From NCBI GenBank assembly GCA_023665475.1, contig JAMPEB010000006.1, positions 30,607-94,606 of the forward strand: 64,000 nt of DNA, written 5' to 3'. Positions 49,597 through 59,777 of this stretch are shown here, piece by piece. The notes under the pieces were generated by a model. That model saw nothing but the letters and a program-made list of their open reading frames with translations. It searched no databases and was not told where the DNA came from. Each line of letters starts with the position of its first letter. The stretch's first letter is position 1. The position numbers and the translations under genes were made by a program. This stretch comes from Lachnoclostridium sp. GTDB lineage: Bacteria > Bacillota > Clostridia > Lachnospirales > Lachnospiraceae.

Positions 49597-50124
49597 ATGT
49601 TAATCAATTTATCCGATGTCTTAACATTAGAAGGAAAAACAGCGGAATATACCGTGCCGATAGAGCTTGAAAGCTTTAAGAGCAAGTTAGGGGATTTCGC
49701 AGTGACGGACAAGACTCCCATAGCTTTTACTTTTGCCAATATCGGTACGGGAAAAGCCGAGATGGAGGGCAGGGCAAAGATAAGTTTTGCCGCCGAATGT
49801 GACAGGTGCCTTACCCAAACTCCTGTGGACTTGGAGCTTTCCTTTGAGAGAATTGTGATTTCTCCGGATGTGCAAACAGAGGATGAGGAGGAATCGGACA
49901 GCCGTCAGTTTATGGAGGACTTCCAATTAGACACGGAAGCTTTTATGTATCAGGAAATTTTGGAAAACTGGCCTATGAAGATTCTGTGCAGGGAAGACTG
50001 TAAAGGTGTGTGCCCGGTGTGCGGACAGAATCGGAATATGAAAGAATGCGGCTGTGACACTTTTGTGCCGGATCCCCGCATGGCAGTGATAGGTGATATT
50101 TTTAATGCGAATAAGGAGGTGTAA
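49597..50124 (+). CDS. yceD: YceD/DUF177 family protein (23S rRNA accumulation protein)
   Basis: C-terminal ...CREDCKGVCPVCGQNRNMKECGCD..., the Cys cluster typical of DUF177. It sits upstream of rpmF as usual. RBS TAGGAG. Confidence 0.8.
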   Translation: MLINLSDVLTLEGKTAEYTVPIELESFKSKLGDFAVTDKTPIAFTFANIGTGKAEMEGRAKISFAAECDRCLTQTPVDLELSFERIVISPDVQTEDEEESDSRQFMEDFQLDTEAFMYQEILENWPMKILCREDCKGVCPVCGQNRNMKECGCDTFVPDPRMAVIGDIFNANKEV

Positions 50125-50126
50125 AG

Positions 50127-50306
50127 ATGTCTATTTGTCCTAAGAATAAATCTTCCAAGAGCAGAAGAGATAAGAGAAGAGCAAACTGGAAAATGAGTGT
50201 TCCCGCATTGGTAAAGTGCAGTAAATGCGGCGCTTTGATGATGCCTCACAGAGTTTGCAAGGCTTGCGGTTCTTACAACAAGAAGCAGGTCGTAAATGCT
50301 GACTAA
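50127..50306 (+). CDS. rpmF: 50S ribosomal protein L32
   Basis: 59-aa ORF below the track cutoff: MSICPKNKSSKSRRDKRRANWKMSVPALVKCSKCGALMMPHRVCKACGSYNKKQVVNAD. RBS AAGGAGG 7 nt upstream. Confidence 0.85.
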   Translation: MSICPKNKSSKSRRDKRRANWKMSVPALVKCSKCGALMMPHRVCKACGSYNKKQVVNAD

Positions 50307-50322
50307 TATTTTGGCACAACAG

Positions 50323-50370
50323 GACCTTTCCCTATGGGAGAATTTTTCCCTATGGGGGAGGGTCTTTTTT
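50323..50370 (+). terminator. Rho-independent terminator after rpmF
   Basis: gacctttccc...gggggagggtc stem enclosing the direct repeat ttccctatggg x2, followed by TTTTTT. Confidence 0.55.
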
Positions 50371-50455
50371 GTAATTTTTTACTTGATTTTTGCATAGGGG
50401 TCTAGTATATTAAAATAAGGTGTTTGGCTATAGTATTTTGGAAGGGAACGGACAG

Positions 50456-51466
50456 ATGGCTGATTTCGTAAATGTGGCGGTGGACGCCATGGGCGGCGAC
50501 AATGCTCCTGCGGAGATTGTGAAGGGTGCAGTGGAAGCCATAAATGAAGATAAGAGGGTCAAGGTCTTTCTGGTGGGCAAAGAGCCTGCCATCAGGGAAG
50601 AGCTGAATAAGTATACCTATAAGGAAGAACAGCTTGAAATCGTACACGCAGGGGAAGTAATTGAAATGGCGGAGCCTCCGGTTATGGCAATCCGCAAGAA
50701 AAAGGATTCCTCCATTGTAAAAGCCATGTATATGGTGAAAGACGGAAGCTGTGACGCTCTTGTGTCCGCCGGAAGCACCGGTGCGGTGCTGGTAGGCGGT
50801 CAGATTATTGTAGGTCGTATCAAGGGTGTGGAGAGACCGCCCCTTGCTCCGCTGATTCCCACGGCAGACGGTGTGAGTCTGTTGTTGGACTGTGGCGCGA
50901 ATGTGGACGCAAGACCTTCACATCTGGTGCAGTTTGCCAAGATGGGCAGCGTATATATGGAAAATGTCATGGGAGTAAAAAATCCTAAGGTGGGTATTGT
51001 AAACATCGGTGCGGAGGAAGAAAAGGGAAATGCTCTGGTAAAAGAAACATATCCGCTTTTAAAAAATTGTCCAGACATTAATTTTGTGGGAAGCGTCGAG
51101 GCGAGGGATATTCCTGCCGGAGCGGTGGATATTGTGGTATGCGAGGCGTTTGTGGGAAATGTTATCCTGAAAATGTATGAGGGCGTGGGCGGAATCCTGA
51201 TTCAAAAAATAAAGGGAAGCATGATGACCTCCCTGCGCAGCAAGATAGGCGCAATGTTGGTAAAGCCCGCTTTGAAAAAGACATTGAAATCTTTTGATTT
51301 GGAAGAGTACGGCGGCGCGCCTCTGTTGGGCTTGAACGGTCTGGTGGTTAAGACGCACGGAAGCAGCAAGGCGGTTGAAATCAAAAACTCCATTTTGCAG
51401 TGTATTACATTTAAGGAGCAAAAGATTAACGAAAAAATCAAGGAGAAGGTTGTCCTTGAAAATTAA
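50456..51466 (+). CDS. plsX: Phosphate acyltransferase PlsX
   Basis: [22 protein letters not shown]..., typical PlsX. Start at an internal ATG of the track ORF. Confidence 0.9.
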   Translation: MADFVNVAVDAMGGDNAPAEIVKGAVEAINEDKRVKVFLVGKEPAIREELNKYTYKEEQLEIVHAGEVIEMAEPPVMAIRKKKDSSIVKAMYMVKDGSCDALVSAGSTGAVLVGGQIIVGRIKGVERPPLAPLIPTADGVSLLLDCGANVDARPSHLVQFAKMGSVYMENVMGVKNPKVGIVNIGAEEEKGNALVKETYPLLKNCPDINFVGSVEARDIPAGAVDIVVCEAFVGNVILKMYEGVGGILIQKIKGSMMTSLRSKIGAMLVKPALKKTLKSFDLEEYGGAPLLGLNGLVVKTHGSSKAVEIKNSILQCITFKEQKINEKIKEKVVLEN

Positions 51467-51492
51467 ATAAAACAAGAAAGAAGGAACAAAAT

Positions 51493-51723
51493 ATGGAACT
51501 TGAAAAGCTGAAAAAAATCATTGCCGAGGTACTGAATGTAGACCCGGAGGAAATTAGACCGGAGACAACTTTTACAGATGATCTGGGAGCTGATTCTTTA
51601 GATGTATATCAGATTATTATGGGAATCGAAGAAGAGTTTGATATTGAGATTCCGGCAGAGACTGCAGAACAGATTGCTACAGTGGATCAGGCTGTAGAGA
51701 TGATTAAGAAAGCTTTGAACTAA
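51493..51723 (+). CDS. acpP: Acyl carrier protein
   Basis: ...[20 protein letters not shown]..., the phosphopantetheine-attachment Ser motif. Confidence 0.95.
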   Translation: MELEKLKKIIAEVLNVDPEEIRPETTFTDDLGADSLDVYQIIMGIEEEFDIEIPAETAEQIATVDQAVEMIKKALN

Positions 51724-51739
51724 ATCTGAATGTTATGGT

Positions 51740-51788
51740 ATTCCCGGATTGAGTCTATGATTTCTATTCGGGAATATTTTTCGTTTTG
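51740..51788 (+). terminator. Terminator after acpP
   Basis: attcccg...cgggaat stem followed by ATTTTTCGTTTTG. Confidence 0.45.
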
Positions 51789-51850
51789 TCGGAGAATGCC
51801 CGGAATGCGGGTATTTTCATTCGGGTTTGAAAGCGCATATGGAGGTTAAT

Positions 51851-52576
51851 GTGAAAGGCATTATATCAGGAAAATACACATTGGAAGCCTTGGAAGATAA
51901 AATAGGCTATAAATTTAACAATAGGGCTTTTTTAAAGCAGGCGCTGACCCACAGTTCTTTTGCCAATGAACAGAAAATTAACAAAAACGGGAACTATGAG
52001 CGGGTGGAATTTCTGGGGGATGCAGTGCTTGAATTGGTGTCCAGCGAGTTTCTTTTTAAAGAGCATCCCGACATACCGGAAGGAGAGCTTACCAAACTGC
52101 GGGCGTCTATGGTGTGCGAGCCTGCGTTGGCATTCTGCGCCAATGATTTGGAATTGAAAAATTTTATTTTGCTTGGAAGGGGCGAGGAGAGCACCGGCGG
52201 AAGAAACCGGGACAGTATTATTTCCGATGTGATGGAGGCTGTAATTGGCGCCATTTATCTGGACGGGGGAATGGAGCCCGCCAGAAGCTTTATCAGCCGC
52301 TTCATATTGTCCGATTTGGAAGATAAGAGCCTTTTTTATGACAGTAAAAGCAATCTGCAGGAACTGATACAGGGTAAATTAAAAAAAGAATTCCATTACG
52401 AACTTTTAGAGGAAAGCGGACCGGAGCATGACAAGGTATTTCAGGTAGAGCTGTTTATGGAGGGAGAGAGCCTTGGCAGGGGAAGCGGAAAAAGCAAAAA
52501 GGCGGCGGAGCAGCAGGCGGCATATAAAGCGCTCCTGCTATTGAGGGATAGAGGATATGTATTTAAAAAGTATTGA
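51851..52576 (+). CDS. rnc: Ribonuclease III
   Basis: ...ALTHSSFANE...ERVEFLGDAVLEL... plus a C-terminal dsRBD. Start may be the GTG at 51851 (RBS GGAGG) or the upstream ATG at 51827. The 3' end overlaps smc. Confidence 0.9.
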   Translation: MKGIISGKYTLEALEDKIGYKFNNRAFLKQALTHSSFANEQKINKNGNYERVEFLGDAVLELVSSEFLFKEHPDIPEGELTKLRASMVCEPALAFCANDLELKNFILLGRGEESTGGRNRDSIISDVMEAVIGAIYLDGGMEPARSFISRFILSDLEDKSLFYDSKSNLQELIQGKLKKEFHYELLEESGPEHDKVFQVELFMEGESLGRGSGKSKKAAEQQAAYKALLLLRDRGYVFKKY

Positions 52577-55500
52577 AGTACATGGTTTCAAATCATTTGC
52601 AAATAAAATAGTCTTTCAGTTTCACAACGGAATCACAGGTATCGTGGGTCCCAACGGAAGCGGAAAGAGCAATGTTGCGGACGCGGTGCGGTGGGTGCTG
52701 GGAGAGCAGAGAATCAAACAGCTCCGCGGCGCCAGCATGCAGGATGTCATTTTCTCGGGAACAGAAACCAGAAAGCCTTTAAGCTATGCATATGTGGCGA
52801 TTACTCTGGACAATTCCGACCATCAGCTTGCCGTTGATTATGAGGAAGTGACGGTTGCCAGAAGAATTTACCGTTCCGGAGAAAGTGAATATCTGATTAA
52901 CGGTACGCTTTGCCGGCTCAAGGATGTGAATGAGCTTTTTTATGATACCGGAATCGGCAAAGAGGGATATTCTATTATCGGGCAGGGTCAGATTGATAAA
53001 ATCTTGAGCGGAAAACCGGAGGAGAGAAGGGAACTTTTTGACGAGGCGGCAGGCATTGTAAAATTTAAGCGCCGTAAGGCTGCGGCACAGACCAAGCTGG
53101 AGAGTGAGAAGCAGAATCTGGTGCGTGTGACAGATATTTTGGCGGAGCTTGAGAAACAGGTGGAACCCCTTGAGAAGCAGTCGGAGACCGCAAGAATTTA
53201 TCTGCGCAAAAGGGAAGAGTTAAAAAGGCTGGATGTCAATACTTTCCTGCTGGAAAACAAGCGCTTAAGGGAGCAGCTTCAGAGCGTTGAGGAGAAATAT
53301 CAGGTTGCAAGCGGCGACTTGGAAGAAACCACGGAAAAATATGAGGGCATTAAGGAAGAGTATGAGCGGATACAGGAAGAGATAGAGACTCTGGACGAGA
53401 CCATTGAACAGGCGAGAAACAGTCTTACCGACACGGGGCTCCTTAGGGGAAAGCTGGAGGGAGAAATTAATGTCTTAAAGGAGCAGATTAACTCCGCCAA
53501 GGGCAGTGAGACTCATTTAAGCAATCGAAAGCATACGCTGGAGGAAGAGATTGCTGCAGGTAATCAGGAAAAAGAAGCTATTCTCACGGATAAAAAAGAT
53601 GTGGATGAAGATGTGCGGGAGATTACCGATACCGCCGAAAAGATGCGGGCGGAGCTGGAAGCAATTCAGCAAAAAATCGAAGAGTTGAATCAAAGTATAG
53701 AGGACGGTAAAAATACCATTATCGGAGAATTGAACCAGCGTGCTACCGTCAAGTCCCAAATGGGGCGTTTTGACAGCATGACCGAGCAGATCAATATCCG
53801 CAGGGCAGAGTTGAATTCCCGGATTCTCCGCGCCAAATCCGATGAAGTGGCAAGGGAGGAGAGTCTTAGGAATCTGGAAGAAATTTTCCAAAAGGCAAGT
53901 GAGGAACTGACTCTTTTGAACGAGCAGGAGGCTTCCTGCGAAAAAGAATTGGGAGAGATAAAGGGAACCCTTGCGGGAACGGATGCCAAGCTTCGGGAAG
54001 ACCAGAGTTTGTATCATCAGGAAAAGTCGAAACTGGAAGCCCTGACCAATCTGACGGAACGCTATGAGGGATACGGCGGCAGCGTAAAGAAGGTTATGGA
54101 GCAGAAGGATAAGGAAAAAGGCATTGTAGGTGTGGTTGCGGATATTATCAAGGTGGAAAAAAAGTATGAGACCGCCATTGAGACCGCGCTGGGCGGAAAT
54201 ATCCAAAATATTGTCACGGATAATGAGGACACTGCCAAAAAGATGATTGCCTATTTAAAGACGAATCGTCTGGGCAGAGCTACCTTTCTGCCCCTTACCA
54301 GCATTACCCATCCTCAGGAATTTAAAAATCCCGATGCGTTAAAGGAAAAGGGCGTCATCGGCATGGCGGATGAAGTGGTGCAGACAAAGGACAAGTACCG
54401 CAATGTGGCAAAAGCCATGCTGGGGCGCATTGTCGTGGTGGACAATGTGGATAATGCCGTAAAGATTGCCCGTAAATTTGACTATGGCATCCGTATGGTA
54501 ACTTTGGAGGGAGAACTTCTGGTGCCGGGCGGAGCCATCAGCGGCGGCGCTTTTAAAAACAGCAGCAATTTATTGGGGCGAAGGCGCGAGATGGAAGAGC
54601 TTGAAAAAAATGTTAAGGAGCTCTTTGAAGCCATTCAGGAAGGGAATCAAAAGATAAGCGATATCAAAGAGAGAAGAAATCAGCTCAGGGTGGATGTGGA
54701 GACCATAAAGTCTGATATCCAGAAAAAGATTATAGAGCAGAATACCGCAAGGCTGAATATCAGTCAGGCGAGGGAACGAATGGAAGAGGAAGCACAGAGT
54801 GTTCAGTCTTTGAAGAAAGAGGAACAGGAAATCGAGAGCCGGATTCTGGAAATCAAGGAGAGTAAGGCTTCCGTTCAGAAGGAACTGGCGGACAGCGAGG
54901 CATTGGAAAAAAAGACGCAGGAACAGATTCTTGTCTTTCAGGAAGAATTGGAGCAGATGAGAGAACGGGAGGCTCAGGCTGCCGCAAAGGTGTCCCAATG
55001 GGATTTGAAAGTCGGAAAGCTGCGGCAGGAACAGCAGTTTAAGCAGGCTAATGTGGACCGTATCGAGGGAGAACTCAGACAGAGGCAGGCGGAGCTTTCG
55101 GAGATTCTTACAGCACTTTCGGAAAATGCTTCCGAGGTGGAGCGGAAGAAACAAAATATTCTTGAGTTGGAGAAAACCATTACCGCATCCTATGACGAGC
55201 AGAATGAATCGGAGAAACTGTTGAAGGAAAATGTGGTTCGCAAAGAAGAACTCGGCGCAAAGCAGAAGAACTTTTTCCGGAGCAGGGAGCAATTGTCCGA
55301 GCAGATGAATTCTCTGGATAAGGAAGTGTACCGTCTGAATGCCCAGAGGGAGAAATTGCAGGAGTCTGTGGAATCCCAGATTAATTATATGTGGGCGGAA
55401 TATGAGATTACTTTAAGCGATGCGGCGTCCATGCGGGATGAGGAAATGACCGATTTATCCGCGATGAAGAGCGAGATCAGCTCTTTGAGAGAACAGATTA

Positions 55501-56117
55501 AGAAGCTGGGCGATGTGAATGTCAACGCCATTGAGGATTACAAAAACCTGATGGAGAGATATACTTTCATGAAGACCCAGCACGAGGATCTCGTGGAGGC
55601 GGAAAAGACGCTGGAGGGTATTATAGAAGAGCTGGACAGCGCCATGAGAAAGCAGTTTGCGGAAAAATTCGAGGAAATCAACAAAGAGTTTGACAAGGTG
55701 TTCAAGGAATTGTTCGGAGGCGGAAAAGGTACGCTGGAACTCATGGAAGACGAGGATATTCTCGAGGCGGGCATCCGCATTATCGCACAGCCCCCCGGCA
55801 AGAAACTGCAGAATATGATGCAGCTTTCCGGCGGCGAGAAGGCATTGTCGGCAATCGCGCTGTTGTTTGCCATCCAGAACTTAAAACCTTCACCCTTCTG
55901 TCTTTTAGATGAGATTGAGGCGGCACTGGATGACTCCAATGTGGTGCGGTTTGCAAAATATTTACATAAACTGACCAGAAGCACGCAGTTTATTGTGATC
56001 ACTCACCGAAGAGGCACCATGGAACAGGTGGACAGGCTGTATGGCATCACCATGCAGGAAAAGGGCGTATCCACGCTTGTCAGCGTGAATTTGATTGATA
56101 AGGAGTTAGAGGACTAG
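52557..56117 (+). CDS. smc: Chromosome partition protein Smc
   Basis: MYLKSIEVHGFKSFANKIVF...GPNGSGKSN (Walker A), long coiled coils, a hinge, and a C-terminal LSGGEKAL...LDEIEAALD (signature motif and Walker B). 1186 aa. Confidence 0.95.
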   Translation: MYLKSIEVHGFKSFANKIVFQFHNGITGIVGPNGSGKSNVADAVRWVLGEQRIKQLRGASMQDVIFSGTETRKPLSYAYVAITLDNSDHQLAVDYEEVTVARRIYRSGESEYLINGTLCRLKDVNELFYDTGIGKEGYSIIGQGQIDKILSGKPEERRELFDEAAGIVKFKRRKAAAQTKLESEKQNLVRVTDILAELEKQVEPLEKQSETARIYLRKREELKRLDVNTFLLENKRLREQLQSVEEKYQVASGDLEETTEKYEGIKEEYERIQEEIETLDETIEQARNSLTDTGLLRGKLEGEINVLKEQINSAKGSETHLSNRKHTLEEEIAAGNQEKEAILTDKKDVDEDVREITDTAEKMRAELEAIQQKIEELNQSIEDGKNTIIGELNQRATVKSQMGRFDSMTEQINIRRAELNSRILRAKSDEVAREESLRNLEEIFQKASEELTLLNEQEASCEKELGEIKGTLAGTDAKLREDQSLYHQEKSKLEALTNLTERYEGYGGSVKKVMEQKDKEKGIVGVVADIIKVEKKYETAIETALGGNIQNIVTDNEDTAKKMIAYLKTNRLGRATFLPLTSITHPQEFKNPDALKEKGVIGMADEVVQTKDKYRNVAKAMLGRIVVVDNVDNAVKIARKFDYGIRMVTLEGELLVPGGAISGGAFKNSSNLLGRRREMEELEKNVKELFEAIQEGNQKISDIKERRNQLRVDVETIKSDIQKKIIEQNTARLNISQARERMEEEAQSVQSLKKEEQEIESRILEIKESKASVQKELADSEALEKKTQEQILVFQEELEQMREREAQAAAKVSQWDLKVGKLRQEQQFKQANVDRIEGELRQRQAELSEILTALSENASEVERKKQNILELEKTITASYDEQNESEKLLKENVVRKEELGAKQKNFFRSREQLSEQMNSLDKEVYRLNAQREKLQESVESQINYMWAEYEITLSDAASMRDEEMTDLSAMKSEISSLREQIKKLGDVNVNAIEDYKNLMERYTFMKTQHEDLVEAEKTLEGIIEELDSAMRKQFAEKFEEINKEFDKVFKELFGGGKGTLELMEDEDILEAGIRIIAQPPGKKLQNMMQLSGGEKALSAIALLFAIQNLKPSPFCLLDEIEAALDDSNVVRFAKYLHKLTRSTQFIVITHRRGTMEQVDRLYGITMQEKGVSTLVSVNLIDKELED

Positions 56118-56235
56118 TGTGAAAAGTACCTCTAAAGCTCATGCCAAAGGGCATTTCGCTAAGAGGTACTAAATTTCACACCCGAAAAACGCCCAAAATG
56201 CGGCGTTTTTCCTCTTGATTTAAGGTTGGTGTGAA
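56117..56235 (+). repeat. Intergenic repeat element A4 (variant hairpin + module d) between smc and ftsY
   Basis: GTGTGAAAAGTACCTCT...AGAGGTACTAAATTTCACAC hairpin. Module d cgaaaaacgcccaaaatgcggcgtttttcc matches A3. Ends GGTGTGAAAAG. The final G of the smc TAG stop is the first G of the element. Confidence 0.75.
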
Positions 56236-56264
56236 AAGCTGCCAAAGACGGTATGATGGTTAGT

Positions 56265-56383
56265 ATGGAAGGAGGGTAAGATTGAAAATTAAAAATTTTC
56301 AATCTCGGATTTTGTGACGCTGCGCGCCCCAAAATCCTCACTGATTAAAATGCCGCTTGCGCGGCGGAATGAGAGGAAATATG
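56265..56383 (+). repeat. Cassette B copy 2 (RBS, uORF, GC-rich spacer, RBS) immediately 5' of ftsY
   Basis: About 90% identical to the reverse complement of 44413..44533. It ends with the conserved GGCGGAATGAGAGGAAATATG (copy 1 has GGCGGAAAGAGAGGAAAAAATG). Confidence 0.7.
56282..56317 (+). CDS. Candidate leader peptide uORF (MKIKNFQSRIL) of cassette B copy 2
   Basis: TTG start 5 nt after AGGAGGG, 11 codons, TGA stop. The peptide differs from copy 1 by a single residue (N to I). Confidence 0.35.
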   Translation: MKIKNFQSRIL

Positions 56384-57367
56384 AACGGAGAATGGGAAGG
56401 GATGGACAGCCGGGAAGAAGCTTCCAATCCCGAAGAAAACGGGACAACGGAGAAAAAGGGTTTTTTTGCCCGTCTGAAAGCAGGACTTACCAAGACCAGA
56501 GATAATATTGTGAAGGGCATTGATTCCGCATTCAGCGGATTTTCTTCCATTGACGAAGATTTTTATGAAGAGCTGGAAGAAGTCCTGATTATGGGGGATA
56601 TCGGTGTAAATGCCACTACAGCCATAGTGGAGCGCCTGAAAAAACAGGTGAAGGAACAGCATATCAAGGAGCCTTCCGGCTGCAAACAGCTTCTGATTGA
56701 CAGCATAAAGGAGCAGATGCGGGTAGATGAGACGGCTTATGAATTTGAAAAAGAGCAGTCCATTATGATGGTAATCGGCGTAAACGGCGTGGGGAAGACC
56801 ACCACGGTGGGAAAGCTGGCAGGCAAGCTGAAACAAAGCGGCAAGAAAGTTTTGATTGCGGCGGCGGATACTTTCCGGGCGGCAGCGGGAGACCAATTGG
56901 CGGAGTGGGCGAGAAGAGCCGATGTCCCCATGATTGGCGGAACAGAAGGCGCCGACCCTGCAAGCGTGGTGTATGATGCGGTAAGCGCTGCCAAGGCAAG
57001 GGGAGTGGATGTGCTTTTGATTGACACCGCAGGAAGGCTGCATAACAAGAAAAACCTCATGGAAGAACTGAAAAAAATGAACCGTATTATTGACAGGGAA
57101 TATCCCAATGCCCACAGGGAAAATCTGATTGTGTTAGACGGCACCACAGGGCAGAATGCCTTAGTGCAGGCAAGGGAGTTTGGCGAGGTGGCAAAACTCA
57201 CAGGCATTGTGCTGACCAAGATGGACGGAACCGCTAAGGGCGGCATTGCCGTGGCGATTCAATCGGAGTTAGGCGTTCCGGTAAAATATATCGGAGTGGG
57301 CGAGACCATTGAGGACTTGCAGAAATTTAATTCGGACGAGTTTGTAAATGCACTCTTTGAAGTATAG
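56381..57367 (+). CDS. ftsY: Signal recognition particle receptor FtsY
   Basis: Acidic N-region, then the NG domain (...MVIGVNGVGKTTTVGKLA..., DTAGR, TKMDGTAKGG). Start placed at the ATG at 56381, after cassette B; the track TTG start at 56357 lies inside the repeat. Confidence 0.85.
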   Translation: MNGEWEGMDSREEASNPEENGTTEKKGFFARLKAGLTKTRDNIVKGIDSAFSGFSSIDEDFYEELEEVLIMGDIGVNATTAIVERLKKQVKEQHIKEPSGCKQLLIDSIKEQMRVDETAYEFEKEQSIMMVIGVNGVGKTTTVGKLAGKLKQSGKKVLIAAADTFRAAAGDQLAEWARRADVPMIGGTEGADPASVVYDAVSAAKARGVDVLLIDTAGRLHNKKNLMEELKKMNRIIDREYPNAHRENLIVLDGTTGQNALVQAREFGEVAKLTGIVLTKMDGTAKGGIAVAIQSELGVPVKYIGVGETIEDLQKFNSDEFVNALFEV

Positions 57368-57444
57368 CGGTTAAGTCATGCGAATAACTGATAAAAATGT
57401 GTGGCTGAACTGCATTTGATTAAAAAAGAAAGAAGGTTTGAGCA

Positions 57445-58668
57445 ATGGGTGAGGAAATGTTGACATTGGAAAAATTTGAGGAGGCCAGCGAGGCGGTAAA
57501 GAAAGTTACGCTGGAAACAAAGCTGGTTTACAGCGATTATTTCAGTGAGCAGACCGGCAACAAGGTATATTTAAAGCCGGAAAATATGCAGTTTACCGGG
57601 GCATATAAGTTAAGGGGCGCTTATTATAAAATGAGCACCTTAACCGAGGAAGAGCGGCAGAAAGGATTAATCACAGCCTCCGCAGGCAATCATGCGCAGG
57701 GTGTTGCCTATGCGGCGAAATGTTTTGGCGCGAAAGCAACCATTGTCATGCCCACTACCACGCCCTTAATCAAGGTAAACCGTACCAAGAATTATGGTGC
57801 GGAGGTAGTGCTTTGCGGAGATGTCTATGATGAGGCATGCGCAAGGGCATATGAGCTGGCTGAAGAAAAAGGCTATACTTTTATTCATCCCTTTGACGAT
57901 TTGGGCGTGGCTACCGGACAAGGAACCATTGCCATGGAAATCATCAAAGAACTTCCGGTAGTAGATTATATTCTGGTGCCCATCGGCGGCGGCGGTCTTG
58001 CTACAGGCGTTTCCACTCTGGCAAAGCTTTTAAATCCGAAAATCAAGGTGATTGGGGTGGAGCCTGCGGGAGCAAACTGTATGCAGGCTTCTTTGAAAGC
58101 GGGAGAAGTGACGACCCTTCCGGGTGTCAATACCATTGCCGACGGTACGGCGGTAAAAACTCCGGGCAGTCTGCTGTTTCCTTATATTCAGAAAAATCTG
58201 GATGATATCATTACCGTTGAGGACGAAGAACTGGTAGTTGCCTTTTTGGATATGGTGGAAAACCATAAAATGATAGTGGAAAATTCAGGGCTTTTGTCCG
58301 TAGCTGCCCTGAAACACCTGAATGTGAAGGATAAGAAGGTAGTGTCCATCTTAAGCGGGGGTAATATGGATGTGATTACCATGTCCTCCGTAGTGCAGCA
58401 GGGATTGATTTTCCGTGACAGAATCTTCACTGTGTCGGTGCTTCTGCCGGACAAGCCCGGCGAGCTGCACAGGGTATCCGGCATTATCGCGGATGTAAGC
58501 GGTAATGTCATCAAATTGGAGCATAACCAGTTCGTGTCCATCAACAGAAATGCAGCAGTGGAGCTGCGTATTACCTTGGAGGCATTTGGCACGGAACATA
58601 AAAAACAGATTATCGAAGCATTGGAGAAGGAAGGTTACAGACCCAAGCTGGTGCGGACGAATATTTAA
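57445..58668 (+). CDS. ilvA: Threonine ammonia-lyase (threonine dehydratase) with a C-terminal ACT-like domain
   Basis: ...PENMQFTGAYKLRGA... (PLP Lys), SAGNHAQGVA, and a Gly-rich loop GGGGL. 407 aa. Confidence 0.9.
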   Translation: MGEEMLTLEKFEEASEAVKKVTLETKLVYSDYFSEQTGNKVYLKPENMQFTGAYKLRGAYYKMSTLTEEERQKGLITASAGNHAQGVAYAAKCFGAKATIVMPTTTPLIKVNRTKNYGAEVVLCGDVYDEACARAYELAEEKGYTFIHPFDDLGVATGQGTIAMEIIKELPVVDYILVPIGGGGLATGVSTLAKLLNPKIKVIGVEPAGANCMQASLKAGEVTTLPGVNTIADGTAVKTPGSLLFPYIQKNLDDIITVEDEELVVAFLDMVENHKMIVENSGLLSVAALKHLNVKDKKVVSILSGGNMDVITMSSVVQQGLIFRDRIFTVSVLLPDKPGELHRVSGIIADVSGNVIKLEHNQFVSINRNAAVELRITLEAFGTEHKKQIIEALEKEGYRPKLVRTNI

Positions 58669-58770
58669 AAGGATTCCATTTTTCTTTTCCCCAATATACT
58701 TTTGAATGTATAAGAATAATTATTTACCTTCGGCGGCACATTAAATACAAAGGGATAGAAGGGGATTGAT

Positions 58771-59640
58771 ATGGGAAAGAAAAGCTTAAAAAGGAAAATA
58801 ATGGATTATCTTGTGATTACGGCTGCTGCGCTTTTGTACGGAGCAGCATTGAGCCTGTTTCTGGCGCCTAATATGCTGGCGCCGGGAGGAGTGTCCGGAA
58901 TTTCTATTATTTTAAACAGGGTGATTCCCGGTATTCCTACAGGTACTTGGATATTCCTTTTGAACATTCCGATTCTGGCATTGGGAACATGGAAATTCGG
59001 CATAAAATTTATTTTGTCCACCATTTACTGTACCGTGTTGACCTCTTATTTTACAAATCTGCTGGAACCTGTCGGAGCGTTGACAAAAGACCCGTTACTT
59101 GCCGCGCTTGCGGGGAGCAGTCTGATTGCCCTGTCGTTAGGTTCGGTCTTTAAAGCCGGTTCCACCACCGGAGGCATGGATATTATCATTAAGGTAATCC
59201 GGTTAAAACTTCCTCATTTGAAGACAGGTTTTTTGTATCTGGTGGAAGATATTATGATTATAGGCGTGTCCGCTTTGGTGTTCCAAAATATTGACAGGGC
59301 GTTGTATGCGGGGCTTTGCGCGCTGGTGACCTCTTTCCTGCTGGACTTGGTTCTGTATGGCCGCGACGGTGCAAAATTAATTTTTATTATCAGTAATCAT
59401 TCCGAGACCATCGCCCGGCGCGTTTTGGATGAGTTAAATGTAGGAGTGACCTTTATACAGGGTTCGGGCGCATACAGCGGCAAGGACAAGAAGGTAATAC
59501 TTTGCGTTATGAAAAAGCCCCTTTCTCCAAAGGTGGAAGAAATCGTCAAGAAGGAGGACCCTATGGCGTTTATGATTTTCAGCAGCGCAACGGAAATTTA
59601 TGGGGAAGGATATAAAAATATTTTCAGCGAAAAGCTGTAA
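58771..59640 (+). CDS. YitT-family membrane protein (DUF161/DUF2179)
   Basis: Five TM helices with a C-terminal DUF2179-like soluble domain. The N-terminus ...YLVITAAALLYGAALSLFLAPN... matches the YitT pattern. Confidence 0.75.
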   Translation: MGKKSLKRKIMDYLVITAAALLYGAALSLFLAPNMLAPGGVSGISIILNRVIPGIPTGTWIFLLNIPILALGTWKFGIKFILSTIYCTVLTSYFTNLLEPVGALTKDPLLAALAGSSLIALSLGSVFKAGSTTGGMDIIIKVIRLKLPHLKTGFLYLVEDIMIIGVSALVFQNIDRALYAGLCALVTSFLLDLVLYGRDGAKLIFIISNHSETIARRVLDELNVGVTFIQGSGAYSGKDKKVILCVMKKPLSPKVEEIVKKEDPMAFMIFSSATEIYGEGYKNIFSEKL

Positions 59641-59777
59641 AAATCTGGGAAAAGGCAAAATAAACGAAATATCGAACATAATATTCTTGAAAATAAATTG
59701 ACTTTGCATTAAAGGAGTGATATGATCATTTTATAGAAGGCAGCCCAACAATTTTAATAATTGGGAGGAATATAACT

